Assembly: GCF_006345805.1 (NCBI RefSeq)
Contig: NW_021836776.1
Location: forward strand, 1-21,072
Direction: 5' to 3'
Source of the DNA: Octopus sinensis
Taxonomy: Eukaryota
Length of the DNA stretch: 21,072 bases
Made by a program: the position numbers and the translations under genes. A model generated the notes under the pieces. That model ran no database searches. It was not told the origin of the DNA and saw only the letters and a program-made list of their open reading frames with translations. Positions 20,346-21,072 of this stretch are shown here, in pieces. The stretch's first letter is position 1; each line of letters begins with the position of its first letter.

Positions 20346-20372
20346 ATTCCTTTCTTATTCTCCCTTATCTTT

Positions 20373-20755
20373 TTCTTCTTCTTCTTCTTCTTCTTCTTCT
20401 TCTTCTTCTTCTTCTTTTCTTCTTCTTCTTCTTCTTCTTCTTTTTCTTTTTCTTCTTCTTCTTCTTCTTCTCTTCTTCTCTTCTTCTTCTTCTTCTTCTT
20501 CTTCCTTTCCGCCACCTCCTTCCTAACTTTACCACTATGGCTCTTCAGAATAACACCTACGCTACGCAAATTTTATAAACAATACATTCAAAAGAGATAC
20601 TTCAAGAATTCAATCACTACTACCATCCGCAACAAATCACTTTCAGGGCACTTGATCATTTAACATCCTTCTACTATCATGGCACTCCCGCATTCTTCTT
20701 CTTCTTCTTCTTCTTCTTCTTCTTCTTCTTCTTCTTCTTCTTCTTCTTCTTCTTC
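20373..20755. repeat. Two (CTT)n tracts (about 20373-20504 and 20694-20755)
   Basis: Direct reading. Confidence 0.95.
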
Positions 20756-21072
20756 CTGCTAAGAATTCCCAACGATCTCGAACCCACAAGAATAAAAAAA
20801 GAGAGACAGAGACAAGCAGAAACAAGGAAAATGCCCCTTGTATTTGAATACTACCCACCTTCTCCCTTCATCGATACCCCACACCTCACCCTCACATCCC
20901 CACAATCCAACACCGCCACACTACACCACACACCACCTCACCACATCACACCACCCCGCACACAGTAGCACTGACCACTTCCCAGCACCCACGCTTTCAT
21001 CCACACGCATACACTTACACACTCTCCCATAACACTCTCCCATACACACACGCACGCACACTGTTGGGGTCA

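Overview
Eukaryotic, AT-rich, repeat-dominated non-coding DNA, most likely an octopus intergenic or intronic region. The taxon is inferred from the tRNA-derived SINE types, not from a search. I recognise no intact host protein-coding gene; almost all ORF-track entries come from microsatellites, SINEs or the antisense strand of transposons. The window holds three tRNA-derived SINE families (about 15 loci), decayed retrotransposon fragments (a HERO-like restriction-endonuclease LINE, two RTE 3' ends, two Penelope-like elements), a non-autonomous Helitron with intact ends, a probable hAT-type MITE and many microsatellites. There is also one CpG-rich promoter-like island at about 13.85-14.24 kb. 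The most notable structures are: (i) an ~80-bp-arm palindrome built from two head-to-head minimal hammerhead ribozymes carrying different lesions; (ii) a 609-bp tandem duplication whose junction makes a chimeric SINE; (iii) a one-head, four-body SINE array with hairpin junctions; (iv) a closely spaced inverted SINE pair; (v) an unexplained GC-rich hairpin island inside a CAA/CAG microsatellite. All alignments and folds were done by eye.
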